Shown: positions 38,801 through 48,317 of the stretch, one piece after another
Position numbering within the stretch: the stretch's first letter is position 1
Layout: every line of letters starts with the position of its first letter
IMG/VR virus record: IMGVR_UViG_3300037247_000525
Length of the DNA stretch: 64,000 nucleotides
Source of the DNA: an uncultured virus (IMG/VR IMGVR_UViG_3300037247_000525)
Lineage: Duplodnaviria > Heunggongvirae > Uroviricota > Caudoviricetes
Strand: one strand, 5' to 3'
Notes under the pieces: generated by a model
Database searches by the model: none
Told to the model about the DNA's origin: nothing
Seen by the model: the letters and a program-made list of their open reading frames with translations, nothing else
Translations under genes and position numbers: made by a program

Positions 38801-38851
38801 ACCCGTGGTCGTCCGAGCATTCAGTCTAACCGTGCGGATGATGAGGGTCAC
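35840..38851 (-). CDS. minor tail/virion structural protein with repetitive N-terminal extension
   Basis: C-terminal EQRIALRKQPRQ...GRWIAFYLPT...RFDGD distal-tail-like part; N-terminal beta repeats. Confidence 0.75.
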   Translation of the reverse strand: MTLIIRTVRLNARTTTGTQDFTVPGFGTPKAAMFIVTRADVSGTAEDHGCMATGFTDGTRDRCTMNRVRNGLTTEDTERLMVNNACIALLFPNLSSDDGYAVFDSWITNGVRVDWLDAFSDDWLVTCVLFGGTDLSAHVGTASVSGSTPLDVTAPGADTEVAFFISSHAGDRVITDTPSAQSTFNFGMFAYDGGSNHSRCMTQVCTDGSSSGDPYRELNTSNVLLNMFQSSTFARRSCQQITNGFRLTSTNSGDATCYYLALSFNGNYSAEMGEIVAPGTGSEVVTAPGFKPQFLACMSVGTGGGRQSGDSASSMGVGVADATNEYSHTITDENGAATINAQSLAVASLIDTPLKDGTTGDVATVTSFDTNGFTLDFSAANEDGAHTWLVIEEDVIVVDPDQGPAFIFADGQATNFVRTYLTGLGYEGGHGRPVTTPSDGGLFQAELINLPDVSGPRVGAPRPDLGARPAGTEAGDSGDFSDHVGGMFDWWEKVHILPRTKIAFGNIITQKQDTYELYSAYRDASVTLSSIVNNALPGIDLPDEAPPEVVPRQSSMLDSTSTDNTGDAFTLGTLVLRDILALQAGLPAFDTTIDFIFDTGEEPQLFISGQRIVLIPMDYESPMQETLAFLTEIIPGLSGVEQRIALRKQPRQLYEVMYKLDGNDRQRMQALLMDWTANLFGFPVQNEVLLTTAAASIGTTVYQVTGADDVDLRVGGLAVILSDANTFDVISIDSKTDTSITSGNPSLNAYPVGTKLMPLRTAVILRMVAGAMAQKNLETFKITFEVTDNDTGALSGSTAAYSTFNGRVLFDDCNVMTGEMAEQYKRRIYRIDNKTGVVSISSSWDRGKRSSQKGFVLRNRSEILNFRRAMISIGGRWIAFYLPTFNDDLEVKATLGVGSDTMDVERIEYERFIQSREPKITFKITFTDGTSLVREVQSAAGVDSTTERLTLDTTWPSTRTADEVVRVQFYELTRFDGDNVRIQYPRIGLATCQMPVFQVFDDN

Positions 38852-38852
38852 G

Positions 38853-39122
38853 CTACAGTCCCAAGAGGGCCTTGGCTTCCGCCCTGGTGATCCAGCGGCG
38901 CTCCATCAGCATGAAGGCCCGCTCTAGGTCGTGGGGGTTGAGTGCCTTCATCACGTTGATCTCCGCAACCTCTCCAGCAGTTAGAGCGCGTTTTAGGCAA
39001 CCCTCCAAGATCGACTTGGCCTTGGACGCCGGCATGTTCACGGGATCCTTGCTGTGCCAGTATAGGAGTGCCATGAACTGATGGGTGGGAATGGATTTAC
39101 CGATATTGTCTACGAGTGCCAT
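38853..39122 (-). CDS. small tail-associated protein
   Basis: ORF within tail operon. Confidence 0.55.
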   Translation of the reverse strand: MALVDNIGKSIPTHQFMALLYWHSKDPVNMPASKAKSILEGCLKRALTAGEVAEINVMKALNPHDLERAFMLMERRWITRAEAKALLGL

Positions 39123-39124
39123 GG

Positions 39125-40210
39125 CTAGTTCTTCTTGTACATGATTCCTTGGTTCACGGTCGCGGCGGCCTGCGTCGTAGTCGTGCTCTTCTCATGTGAT
39201 GGGAAGACCACCCACGTGTCGGAGCCGATCACGATCTCCTGCTCAACTGCGAAGTCGCCGATGTTGATGCCGCGCACGTCGACCATCATGCCCATGGGCC
39301 CATAGACCGCACCCGTGCTCTGTGCCCAGTAGAACGTGGCGATCGGGTAGCCAGGAACGAAACCAGCGTCTGGGCTGGCCAAGGCTTGGCCGAAGGCGAT
39401 GGCGAACTCATTGGCGCGGTAGCCGCCGGCGAAGTTGGCGCGGACGGTGTCGGAGCCGCCGCCGTTGCTCTGCCGATCGAGGCCCGTGTCAGTTTGGTTG
39501 CTGCCAACGATGGCCCACAGCCCGGCACCATCCTGCGACGGTAGGCCGTCGCACTGGATCGTCGCCATGAACAACTCCATGGCGTTCGTCGGATTTGGGG
39601 CGCTGCCATCCTTGCAGAGGCCGTCCAACAGGTGCGTACTACCGGGCTGCACCGCGGTGCTGTCGGTGGTCGTGCCCTGCATGCGCATGCCATAGGCGTA
39701 GGCACCTCCATTCCAATCGTTGAACTTCTGAAGCTCGCCAAAGCCGAAGTGCACGTACTTCGCACTGGTGGTCTGCACGACGACGTGCACCGCCTCGACG
39801 CCACTTACCGTGACGAACGCCCAGTATTGGAGCGGCGCGTCGCTGGCAAGGTCCACCATGCGCGCGTCGTCGATCGCCGCGTCGCTCGTGCTGGCGGCGC
39901 CGTTGCCGCTGTCGTTGTCCTGGTCCCACGGGCCCGCGCGGCCGGTGTCGTAGTTGCCGGCGCCGCTGGCGTGGTCGTACTGGTAGATGGCCAAGTGACG
40001 CGGGGCTGCCGTGTCCCACTGGAACGCCACCTGTACGTCGGCGGTGTTCGTGCCCAGCGCTGCCTTGCTGATCGCCCATTCGCCCGATCCGGGGACGTGG
40101 CGGTCCGCGGTCCATGCTGGGTTGCCGCCGCCGGCCGTGGTCAGGAACGTGTTCAGCTTGCTGATCAGGTCAGCGACGCTGCTCGTGGTTTCATTGATGA
40201 AGAGTGCCAT
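39125..40210 (-). CDS. virion structural (tail) protein
   Basis: YVHFGFGEL.KF..W.GGAYAYG; position after tape measure. Confidence 0.7.
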   Translation of the reverse strand: MALFINETTSSVADLISKLNTFLTTAGGGNPAWTADRHVPGSGEWAISKAALGTNTADVQVAFQWDTAAPRHLAIYQYDHASGAGNYDTGRAGPWDQDNDSGNGAASTSDAAIDDARMVDLASDAPLQYWAFVTVSGVEAVHVVVQTTSAKYVHFGFGELQKFNDWNGGAYAYGMRMQGTTTDSTAVQPGSTHLLDGLCKDGSAPNPTNAMELFMATIQCDGLPSQDGAGLWAIVGSNQTDTGLDRQSNGGGSDTVRANFAGGYRANEFAIAFGQALASPDAGFVPGYPIATFYWAQSTGAVYGPMGMMVDVRGINIGDFAVEQEIVIGSDTWVVFPSHEKSTTTTQAAATVNQGIMYKKN

Positions 40211-40213
40211 GGC

Positions 40214-41893
40214 TTATACGTCCCACTTCCAGGCGATGTACTGGTACGGTTCGGTGTGCACGTGGTTGTGGAAGACTAGGTAGCGGTCCCCGTTCACCGT
40301 GACGAAGGCTTCACTGAAGTTGGCGACGCGTGAGCCCGTGCCGTCGTCCGAGCTGATCCAGAAGATGCCGCGCAACTGTCCAAAAAGGCGATCGTCGGTC
40401 GCGTCGGGGATCGCGCTCGGTTGGCGTCGGACCGTCATCGGGAACAGGAAGAACTCGTCGACCGTGCCGGGAACCTTGCGCAAGACGCCGCCGGCCGAGC
40501 TACGGTCAAGCTCGAACCACGTAAGGCTGATGAAGACGAAGCCCTTGTCTACCACGCGGTTGAGGTTCGTGGCTGCGAGGATGTGCGGCGTGCCGGCGGG
40601 GATCATGACGTCGTCTTCCGGGCCGGGCGAACCTGACGTGTCGTCGTTGATCAACTGGCGCCACGTCGAAGTGACGTTATCGTAGAAGTAGCCGGGTCCA
40701 CTGCTATCGTGGCGTTGCTCGGCTAGGCTGGTGATGTTGATGCTGCCCACCTTTGGGTCGACGTTGATCGAACGCGAACTGGCGAATACCAAGAACGGAT
40801 ACGGTGCTTCGGTCTCGGTGCCGATGCGATTCATGTAGCCAACGTAGTGCTGGATGTAGACGCCGTTGTCCGAGACCGCAGCCGACTCTTCGATCTGCGT
40901 GAGCATCGAGAAGTGCACGTCGTCGGCCTTCATCCAGAAGTCCATCTCGTCGGTGCCGGCCCCGCTGTCCTGCGAACAGATGATGTACGAGCCGCCGTCC
41001 GACAGCGCAGTCTCCGAGGTCAGGTTCGGCGACCGGAACGATTGCTGCGTCATCAGCAGCGACGGGTTGTGCGCGATCAGGCCGATGCAGGCGATGGCGA
41101 ACCGCTCATTCAGGCCAGACGTCGCGCTGCCAGTGAGGTAAGCCACGAAGGGCTTGTTCGTCAGGCCCGCCGCGTCGCCCACCAGGACCACGGTCTTCTC
41201 GTTCAGGATGCTGTTGATGCTGCGGTCGTTGTCGTTGCGTTCGTCTACGGCCCAGCCGGTCTCGGCCAAGGTGATGTCGACCGTGGCGCCGGTGCCCCCG
41301 CCGCCGGTCACGGCCAGCCCGGTCGTGCCGATGATGCCGGTCGATCCGCCCATGGTGATCGTGCAGCCCGAGCCGGACGCGGTGCCGTTCGGGCCCTTGA
41401 CGGCGGTCGCCGCCGGGTAGCTCGGCAGGGAGCTGTAAACGCCCAGGCCCGCGGTGCCTAGGTCCTCGAACACCACGGCGCTGGTCACGATGCCGCCGCC
41501 GTCGGTGGTGGCCTGCACCTTCGCCGGGCAGCGGGACGAACCACCCTGAAGCTCCAGGATGATGTCGCTCTGGCTGGCCGTGTACCCCGTGCCGCCGGCG
41601 CTGATCGTGATCGACCCATTCGGACGGTCGCCGAACGCGCCATTGCTGTGGATGCGCATGGTCAGGATCTGGCCCGAGGATACGGTCAGCACCTCGAACT
41701 TCGCGTCCAGGTGCGCACCCGCGTGCGTCAGCGTGACGATGTCGCCGACCACGTACGTGCCGCCGGTGCCGCCGTTGTTGATCACGACCGTGGCCACGTG
41801 CCGGCTAGTCTTGAAGCTGACCATCTTGTTCAAGAGGTCGTGGTAAGACGTCGCGCGAGCACTACCCACGCCGGTTTCAATTTGACATGCCAT
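40214..41893 (-). CDS. virion structural (tail) protein
   Basis: Gly/Thr-rich repeats; GQLRGIFWIS C-terminus; position. Confidence 0.7.
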   Translation of the reverse strand: MACQIETGVGSARATSYHDLLNKMVSFKTSRHVATVVINNGGTGGTYVVGDIVTLTHAGAHLDAKFEVLTVSSGQILTMRIHSNGAFGDRPNGSITISAGGTGYTASQSDIILELQGGSSRCPAKVQATTDGGGIVTSAVVFEDLGTAGLGVYSSLPSYPAATAVKGPNGTASGSGCTITMGGSTGIIGTTGLAVTGGGGTGATVDITLAETGWAVDERNDNDRSINSILNEKTVVLVGDAAGLTNKPFVAYLTGSATSGLNERFAIACIGLIAHNPSLLMTQQSFRSPNLTSETALSDGGSYIICSQDSGAGTDEMDFWMKADDVHFSMLTQIEESAAVSDNGVYIQHYVGYMNRIGTETEAPYPFLVFASSRSINVDPKVGSINITSLAEQRHDSSGPGYFYDNVTSTWRQLINDDTSGSPGPEDDVMIPAGTPHILAATNLNRVVDKGFVFISLTWFELDRSSAGGVLRKVPGTVDEFFLFPMTVRRQPSAIPDATDDRLFGQLRGIFWISSDDGTGSRVANFSEAFVTVNGDRYLVFHNHVHTEPYQYIAWKWDV

Positions 41894-41909
41894 TAGTTGT
41901 CCTCGCTGC

Positions 41910-44900
41910 TCATGAGAGAACCTGATTCACGCGGTCCTTCTCTCGGGCCAGCACGTTGATGATTGCCTCGTCGGATCCACCAGCATTGATCGCGTTCGGG
42001 ATGTCTTCTTCGCTCTGCACGTTGACCACTTGCACGTTGACCGGCGGCGCCTCTTGTGTTTGCTGCTGGTTCGGGACGATGGTACCCGTGCGGTCCGGCA
42101 CGAACAACTCGGGGCCGTTCTCGCCGACTACAAAGCTGCGGTTCGGCTGCACCGTTCCACCTTCCGCTTTGCCGCCTGCGATGGCGCCAGCTGCACCTGC
42201 AACGGTGCCGGCCCCGCCGCCGGTCAGTGCATTGATGGCCTGAATGACTAGCAGCCGAAGGAGGATCCGCTGAAGGTCCGCCAGAATGCTGTTGGCAAAG
42301 CTCTTGAAACTGAGTTTGGTATCGTCCAGGTCGTCCTGAAGACGGCCCAGTTCGCGCCTCTGGTCCTCGATGGCGCGAATCTGCTTGGCCGTTGCTTCCT
42401 CGCCCGATTTGGCCAAGGCCTCTTCTTGTGCAACGATCGAGCGCTGAAATGAGCCGATTTCGTTCTCCAACCTGCTGACCGCCTCGCGGCTCTCCAGGAA
42501 ACCAGACAGCGCGTCGATAGTATTGCTGGCAACTATGTTCACAGCCTCTTCCGCCACCGAAGCGAAGTCCATGGCCTCTCGGCTGATCTTGGCGAACGCC
42601 CGAGTGAATCCATCTTCCAGCGTGTTGCTGGCTTCCAGCCCGCGCAGCTGTAAGTCGGCCAGCGCCTGCGCTTGCTGCTCGATGGAAATCCGGCCCTGCT
42701 GCCGCGCGTGTTCCAGTGCGATCTCCAATTCCAGTAGTCGCTCTTGAATGTTGATGCGCCGCGCAACGCGCTCAACAAGTCGGGCTTCTCGCTGCTGAAC
42801 TCGCTGAAGCTCACGCGCTTCGTCGGTCTGCTCTTTCAGTGCACCCTTCAGCCTCTTACGCCACGCAACTTCGAGGATGATCTGATCCAGGATCGTACTC
42901 GTGACCCCTATGCCGGCCAGTTCCATGCTCGCTACAATCTGATCTACAGCGGCCTGCTCCTTGCCAAGTTCTATGCGACGTGCCAGCAAGTCGTTCTCTT
43001 TCTGCAACTGCTCCAGCCCAGAAATCTGAACGACGGCGTCTGGTATATCCATCGCGTCTTTCAGTTCCTGCATCTTCAGCGTAAACTCGGCAAGGTCGAT
43101 GGCACCCTTCCTATACAAGACATTCAGTGCCTTGGTGTTTTCGATGAACTTCCGTTGTGGTCCCTTGATCTCTTCGAAGATGCGCTGCTGTACTGCCAAC
43201 GCAATGTTCTCTTCAATCAGTCGACGGATGCGTTCCTTCTCTTCTCCGGCCGGCATTGCTCCTGCCTGTTCCAACCGATCGAGTTCCTGATTGAACGCGA
43301 CGAGATCCTTCGCCTGCTGCGTCAGTGCGGCAAGCACGTCGCGTCGGCGCGACAGCCGGGCAATGGTGGCCTCGGTGATCGCGGCACCGCGCTTCTCGCG
43401 CTCCTGTCGTTCTCGTTCCGCGACCGCAGCTGCACGTGCGGCTATGGTGTTGTCGACCACAGCCTGCTTTAGTTTGGTGAAGCGAGCCAACTGCGATTCG
43501 GACGGACCGAAGCCACGCTTCTTCTGGGTCTCTAGGACCACGTTTAGCTTCTTCAGCTCTTGCCTCGCGAGCGTGATGTTCATGCCAAACCTCGCAAAGC
43601 CGGCATCCTTTGCCAATTCATTGAAGGCTTCCTCTGCGAGTTCGAATTCCTTTCTCAGGGACCGCGACAACACTTCTAGCGCAGCGTAGGCTGTCGCGAA
43701 TAGCAAGAGCGGCGGAACGGCAGTCGTCATGATAGCCGCCAAACTTGCCCACGCTCGACCGAGCACAACAAGGAAGCGCGCCGACCCAATCGCGGCGTTG
43801 CCGACTGCGACAAGGGAAGGAACCAACTTACCGAGCAAGACAGCGGATAGCTTCAAAGCAGCCGTGACGAGCACAGCGCCCATAATAGCCGCCAGCACTT
43901 CCGCATTCCTCGCCAAGAACCGGAAGGTTTCCGTGATGCCCAACAGTGCTCTCGTCAGGACATCAGCTACGCCTGCCTTGCCGAGTGCAAGGTTCAAGCC
44001 CTCGACAGCCGACAGCGCCTTCTTCATTGCACCGAACAGCGTCTCGTCCATGATCTTGGCAACCCGCGCCGCCTCGCCGGCGGATGCCTTCAGCGCCTTC
44101 TCCAACTCACGGATCTTCGGGATGTTGTCCACCAGCACCGCGAACGCCGGGCCACCACGCTGACCGAACACTTCCAGCGCGTCGCCGGTGTCGAAGCTGG
44201 CTAGCTTCAGGGCTTCCAGGGCGTTGGTCAGGCCCACGACCTTCGGGTCCACGTCCGCGGCCACCAGACCCGCGTTTTCCAGGATGTCCGCCAGCTCGCG
44301 GCCGGGGCTCGCCAGCTCGGCCAGCACGCGGCGCAGGCCGGTGCCCGCCAGGGTGCCCTTCAGGCCGGCGTCGGATAGCGCGCCAAGCGCGGCACTCGTG
44401 ATCTCGATCTCCTGCCCGAGGCCCTTGGCGATCGGCGCCACGAACTTCAGGGCCTGCCCCAGCTGGGACACGTTGGTGTTCGAGCTGTTCGCTGTCTCCG
44501 TCAGCACGTCGGTCACGCGGGCCACCTCTGCGGCCTCCAGGCCGAAGCCGCGCAGAGAGCTGGCCGTGATGTCCGCGGCCTCCGCCATCTCCAGGCCACC
44601 AGCCTGGGCCAGCAGCAGGGTATCGCCCACGGCCTCCATGGTCTCCGATACCGACAGACCGGCTCGGGCCAGCAGCACCATGGCGTCCGCGGCCTGCGTC
44701 GCCGTGAATCGGGTGGTGATGCCCAAGGTTCGGGCTCGCAGCTCCAGCTTCTCGAATTCGTCGGCGGTGGCCTTGGTGACCGCCCGGACTACGGCGATCG
44801 ACTCCGAGAACTTGGCCATGTTGCGGATGGCGCCGAAGAGGATGGCCCCGCCGGCCAGGGCGGCGAAGGTCAGGCCCAGGGTCCTGCGGAGGCGATTGGC

Positions 44901-44996
44901 CTTGTTCTCGACCCTCGTCAGGCTGCGCTCGACCGTCCGCGTGCCCGCGACCGCGGCGGTCGGGTTCACGACGATGTTGATGCGAAAAGTCGCCAC
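41910..44996 (-). CDS. tail tape measure protein (TP901 family core)
   Basis: ARTLG.TT.FTATQAADAM, GTLAGTGLR, C-terminal VGENGPELFVP. Confidence 0.92.
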   Translation of the reverse strand: MATFRINIVVNPTAAVAGTRTVERSLTRVENKANRLRRTLGLTFAALAGGAILFGAIRNMAKFSESIAVVRAVTKATADEFEKLELRARTLGITTRFTATQAADAMVLLARAGLSVSETMEAVGDTLLLAQAGGLEMAEAADITASSLRGFGLEAAEVARVTDVLTETANSSNTNVSQLGQALKFVAPIAKGLGQEIEITSAALGALSDAGLKGTLAGTGLRRVLAELASPGRELADILENAGLVAADVDPKVVGLTNALEALKLASFDTGDALEVFGQRGGPAFAVLVDNIPKIRELEKALKASAGEAARVAKIMDETLFGAMKKALSAVEGLNLALGKAGVADVLTRALLGITETFRFLARNAEVLAAIMGAVLVTAALKLSAVLLGKLVPSLVAVGNAAIGSARFLVVLGRAWASLAAIMTTAVPPLLLFATAYAALEVLSRSLRKEFELAEEAFNELAKDAGFARFGMNITLARQELKKLNVVLETQKKRGFGPSESQLARFTKLKQAVVDNTIAARAAAVAERERQEREKRGAAITEATIARLSRRRDVLAALTQQAKDLVAFNQELDRLEQAGAMPAGEEKERIRRLIEENIALAVQQRIFEEIKGPQRKFIENTKALNVLYRKGAIDLAEFTLKMQELKDAMDIPDAVVQISGLEQLQKENDLLARRIELGKEQAAVDQIVASMELAGIGVTSTILDQIILEVAWRKRLKGALKEQTDEARELQRVQQREARLVERVARRINIQERLLELEIALEHARQQGRISIEQQAQALADLQLRGLEASNTLEDGFTRAFAKISREAMDFASVAEEAVNIVASNTIDALSGFLESREAVSRLENEIGSFQRSIVAQEEALAKSGEEATAKQIRAIEDQRRELGRLQDDLDDTKLSFKSFANSILADLQRILLRLLVIQAINALTGGGAGTVAGAAGAIAGGKAEGGTVQPNRSFVVGENGPELFVPDRTGTIVPNQQQTQEAPPVNVQVVNVQSEEDIPNAINAGGSDEAIINVLAREKDRVNQVLS

Positions 44997-45370
44997 TATT
45001 TCTTCGGCCTTGTCTGCTCAATCTCGCGCTTCTGCCGGTCGCGCTGCCATTTCAGGTAGGCTTCGTCCAGCTCACGCAGTACATGCTCGAAAACGTCCAT
45101 CATAGTATCGTCCAGATTTCGGCGTTCTCCATAATCTATGATTTTCGACCACGGAATCGGACCGATGGCGTGCCCGAACTGTCGTTCGCTGGACAAATTC
45201 CAGAACGCGCGCATGTAGAACTCGTCTCCACGCACGTACGCCGGCTCGTCTTCGATGAACTTTTGCGCGCGACCCCCAGTACCTCGGGCGCGTTGGTACT
45301 GGCCCGACTCTGACGCCCAGCCCTCGTGCTGGTACGTCAGGTCGTAGAGGAGCCGCTGCGTCAGTTTTCC
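44996..45370 (-). CDS. tail assembly chaperone, -1 frameshift extension (gpT-like)
   Basis: open -1 frame from GGAAAAC to stop at 44996; FWNLSSERQ...GPIPWSKI. Confidence 0.75.
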   Translation of the reverse strand, partial: GKLTQRLLYDLTYQHEGWASESGQYQRARGTGGRAQKFIEDEPAYVRGDEFYMRAFWNLSSERQFGHAIGPIPWSKIIDYGERRNLDDTMMDVFEHVLRELDEAYLKWQRDRQKREIEQTRPKK

Positions 45371-45816
45371 GCCAGCTCATCAGCGTCGGGCGGCACGATC
45401 TCGTCTTCGGGGTAGAACCGCTCGGGCGTGCTCGCTTCATTGCGCACCCGGTCCATCATGTGGGTCGGCATCTCCTTGCACAGGATCTGCGCATTCCGGC
45501 GGTTGAAGGGCACGTGGCCATCCTCGTCGAGGTCCACGGCTTCGTCACCCTCGAAGCTCTCCCAGCCCTTGATCACGAAGAGGGGATACAGCTCGCGGTC
45601 TTCGTCGCGCGACTGCCGGGCGTCGTCGGCCGTGAGCTGGTCGGTCTTGGCCAGCCGGCGTATGCGCTTGCCGGCCATCTTCAGCATCGCGTTGTGGTAG
45701 TTCGGGTTTGCCTCGGTAGCCGGGGCGAGGAGCATTCGGGCCTTGGGGCCCAGCTCGGGCATGTCCAGCCACGTCATCGCGTTGCGGATGTCGAACTTGT
45801 CTAGGTTCTTGAACAT
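45361..45816 (-). CDS. tail assembly chaperone (gpG-like)
   Basis: between tail tube and TMP; ends G GAA AAC TGA. Confidence 0.8.
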   Translation of the reverse strand: MFKNLDKFDIRNAMTWLDMPELGPKARMLLAPATEANPNYHNAMLKMAGKRIRRLAKTDQLTADDARQSRDEDRELYPLFVIKGWESFEGDEAVDLDEDGHVPFNRRNAQILCKEMPTHMMDRVRNEASTPERFYPEDEIVPPDADELAEN

Positions 45817-45877
45817 AGGTCGGGTCTCAACTTGTTACGGGTTTCGGAAGGATGCGGGTCTGCGCCTAAGCGCTGGC

Positions 45878-47464
45878 TTAGGAAGTCGTCAGCGGAACGA
45901 CTGGGAAGAAGCTGATGCCCAGCGATACGTTCGGGATGGTCCCGGTCGGATCGTTGAAGGCTTCGCCGGTGATGTTGACCAAGACGGACTGATCGACCGG
46001 GTATTCCCGATCACCGCCGCCGAAGGTCATGCTGGGAAGGTCGAAGGCAAAGGCGCCGTTGTCGTTGGCCAGGATCGACGTGAACGTCACGGTCACGTTG
46101 CCCTTGACCGCGTTGACGATTTCCTTGTTCGTGAAGAGCATCTGCCCTTCCAGGTTCACCTCGAACAGGCCGGCGTTGACGAAGCTCGCGCCCAGCTGAC
46201 CCAGGCAGTTCTCCGGGGTCACGTTGTTGCGGATGGTCAGCGTCAGGCTCTTGAAGCACACATCCGACACGAGGCTGACCACGTCGGTGGTCAAGCTCTT
46301 GATGTCGCTGGACGTGCCGATGGCCGTGTCGCGCAGCACGGCGGTTCCCGTGGCTGCGTTGGTCTTCCTGCTGTCGGTGATGTCGTCGGTGTTGGTGCCG
46401 ATGAAGCCCCAGGTCGCCGTGCCCTTGTCGATTATCGGCAGGCTCATGGCCAGCTCATTGGCGAAGTTGCCGATCGCGTACTCGTACTCGTCAGTGCCGG
46501 CGCCGCCCAGGTCAGGGTAGATGGCCTCGAACTGATAGCTGCGCTCCAGGTAGCGGTTGTCGTCACTGTCGGCAGTCACCGCGACGTTGCGCAGGTAGCG
46601 GCCGAACAGGATGTCGCAGTCGCCCTCGCCAGAGTTGTCGGCGGAAACGAGGTTCTCGCCCAGCTTGTCCAAGTTCAGCGTTGCACCGCTGATGCTGGTG
46701 ACCCGGGCATAGCCGTAGGTGTCGTCGGTCGCGCTGTCCTTCAGCGCATTCTGAAGCACGAAGGCGTTCGTCGAGCCACCGATGTGGATGAAATGCCCGG
46801 GTAGGATACCCAGCGCAGACCAGTCGGCGATGTCCGCGGCTGAAACCAGCGTTGCGGTCGAGCCGGACACGGTCAGCGTCAGGTCGGCGTCGCTCACGCG
46901 GATGCCAGCAACTTGCAGGCTCGCATTGGTCGGCGGCGTCTCGGTCACCAGGGTGCTCGTGACTTCCACGGTCGTGTCGGTGGAGCCCAAGTCGGCGGCC
47001 AATTCGTGGATGCCTCTGTTCGCCGAGTTGGTGTAGCCCAGCGCGTAGAGCAACGAACGACCGGCGCCGGTAACCCAGACCACCTTGCCGGCCAGCAGGG
47101 CACTGGCACTGGAGATGTTGAACACGTCGGTCGTGGCGGTCGCGGTCGGCGGCAGCGTGGCCAGCTTCAGGTCGAACTCGACGTTGGCGAACTCGGCGAA
47201 GACGAAGCCTTCGGCGTGCTCTTCCAGCGCCTGCATCGTCAAGTCCCCATCGAACTCGACTGCACTCTCGACGTTGACGACGGTGCCCTTCTTCCGGCCT
47301 CGCTGCTGCCCGATCGGCCGGCGAGAGACCGTGGTGATGGATGCTCCGTACGAGCTGATGTTGTTGGGCTCAAGCAGCCTCCACAGTGGAGAACCCGGCA
47401 GGACGCCGATCGAGGCTTCGACCGCGTACTGGAGCGCGACGTTGTTGGTTAGTACCCGTGCCAT
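45878..47464 (-). CDS. major tail tube protein
   Basis: LEPNNISSYG..ITTVSRRPI...RGRKKG; 528 aa; position. Confidence 0.82.
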   Translation of the reverse strand: MARVLTNNVALQYAVEASIGVLPGSPLWRLLEPNNISSYGASITTVSRRPIGQQRGRKKGTVVNVESAVEFDGDLTMQALEEHAEGFVFAEFANVEFDLKLATLPPTATATTDVFNISSASALLAGKVVWVTGAGRSLLYALGYTNSANRGIHELAADLGSTDTTVEVTSTLVTETPPTNASLQVAGIRVSDADLTLTVSGSTATLVSAADIADWSALGILPGHFIHIGGSTNAFVLQNALKDSATDDTYGYARVTSISGATLNLDKLGENLVSADNSGEGDCDILFGRYLRNVAVTADSDDNRYLERSYQFEAIYPDLGGAGTDEYEYAIGNFANELAMSLPIIDKGTATWGFIGTNTDDITDSRKTNAATGTAVLRDTAIGTSSDIKSLTTDVVSLVSDVCFKSLTLTIRNNVTPENCLGQLGASFVNAGLFEVNLEGQMLFTNKEIVNAVKGNVTVTFTSILANDNGAFAFDLPSMTFGGGDREYPVDQSVLVNITGEAFNDPTGTIPNVSLGISFFPVVPLTTS

Positions 47465-47875
47465 TTACTTGGTCTCCGTGTATGTGAAAAAGGCTTCGCA
47501 GTTGATCTGGTAATCGTCGTCCGTTGGTCCAATCTCGGTGATCACGGCCGACGTGAATCTGATGTTCTTGGGGAGTAGGGTCTTGCCCTCGAAGATACTC
47601 TGGGCAAGTTCTGCCAGAGTATCGACCCCTTCGGCCCCTTTATCCAGGGGTCCAAAGCATTGAATGATGGTGGAGCCAAAGGACTCGAATTTGCGGTTGC
47701 CCACGCTACCCAAGGTTTCCTGGACCCTTGCAGCGTGGCGGACTACGAGGCGGACCCAGACGCCGCCCGGCGGGTGGTCGAACTTCTCATTGTCGAAGAG
47801 GAAGGGGGTCGTGGCACCCCAACCGATCTTGAAGGCCCCGTAGATGGCTCCGCGTGCTTCGTTTAGCGTCGTCAT
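47465..47875 (-). CDS. tail terminator protein
   Basis: FDNE...WVRL...FEGK; position. Confidence 0.7.
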   Translation of the reverse strand: MTTLNEARGAIYGAFKIGWGATTPFLFDNEKFDHPPGGVWVRLVVRHAARVQETLGSVGNRKFESFGSTIIQCFGPLDKGAEGVDTLAELAQSIFEGKTLLPKNIRFTSAVITEIGPTDDDYQINCEAFFTYTETK

Positions 47876-47878
47876 GGC

Positions 47879-48310
47879 CTACACGATCCCCCGCAGGTCG
47901 ACCACCAGGGCCTTTACGATGCCCCTACGGATGAAGCCTGATGGGGCTTGCTTGCTGCTGCCGGCGTCTAGCGGCAGGATGTACGGCACGTTGTTGGCAA
48001 TCGTCACGGGACCCATGCTCGTGCGGTAGGTGGTCGCGATGACGGCTACGGCTGCCTGCCCCTGCAAGGCTAGGGCGGCTGCGGCCGACACGGTCTGGCC
48101 GTGGCCGCCGGGCTTCGGCGCGGCCTTCCTGCTCGCGTTGCCAATGACCGGGATCCAGTTGACCCGGGCCCAGCCGGTGTCCACGGGCGTGCCGCCATCG
48201 CTGGGCGACGCCTGAAGGTTGGCGACGATGTCCAGCACCAGCTTCTTCACGATCCGGGCCACGAACCCGTCTATGCCCGCGAGGATGACTCGAATCTGCT
48301 GGCTGACCAT
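47879..48310 (-). CDS. HK97 gp10-like tail completion protein
   Basis: TPVDTGWARVNW, NNVPYI..L..GSSKQAP.GF. Confidence 0.85.
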   Translation of the reverse strand: MVSQQIRVILAGIDGFVARIVKKLVLDIVANLQASPSDGGTPVDTGWARVNWIPVIGNASRKAAPKPGGHGQTVSAAAALALQGQAAVAVIATTYRTSMGPVTIANNVPYILPLDAGSSKQAPSGFIRRGIVKALVVDLRGIV

Positions 48311-48317
48311 GTGGGGC

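Noticed and set aside
31947..41893. Diversity-generating retroelement targeting tail genes
   Set aside because: No reverse transcriptase and no TR/VR repeat pair seen.
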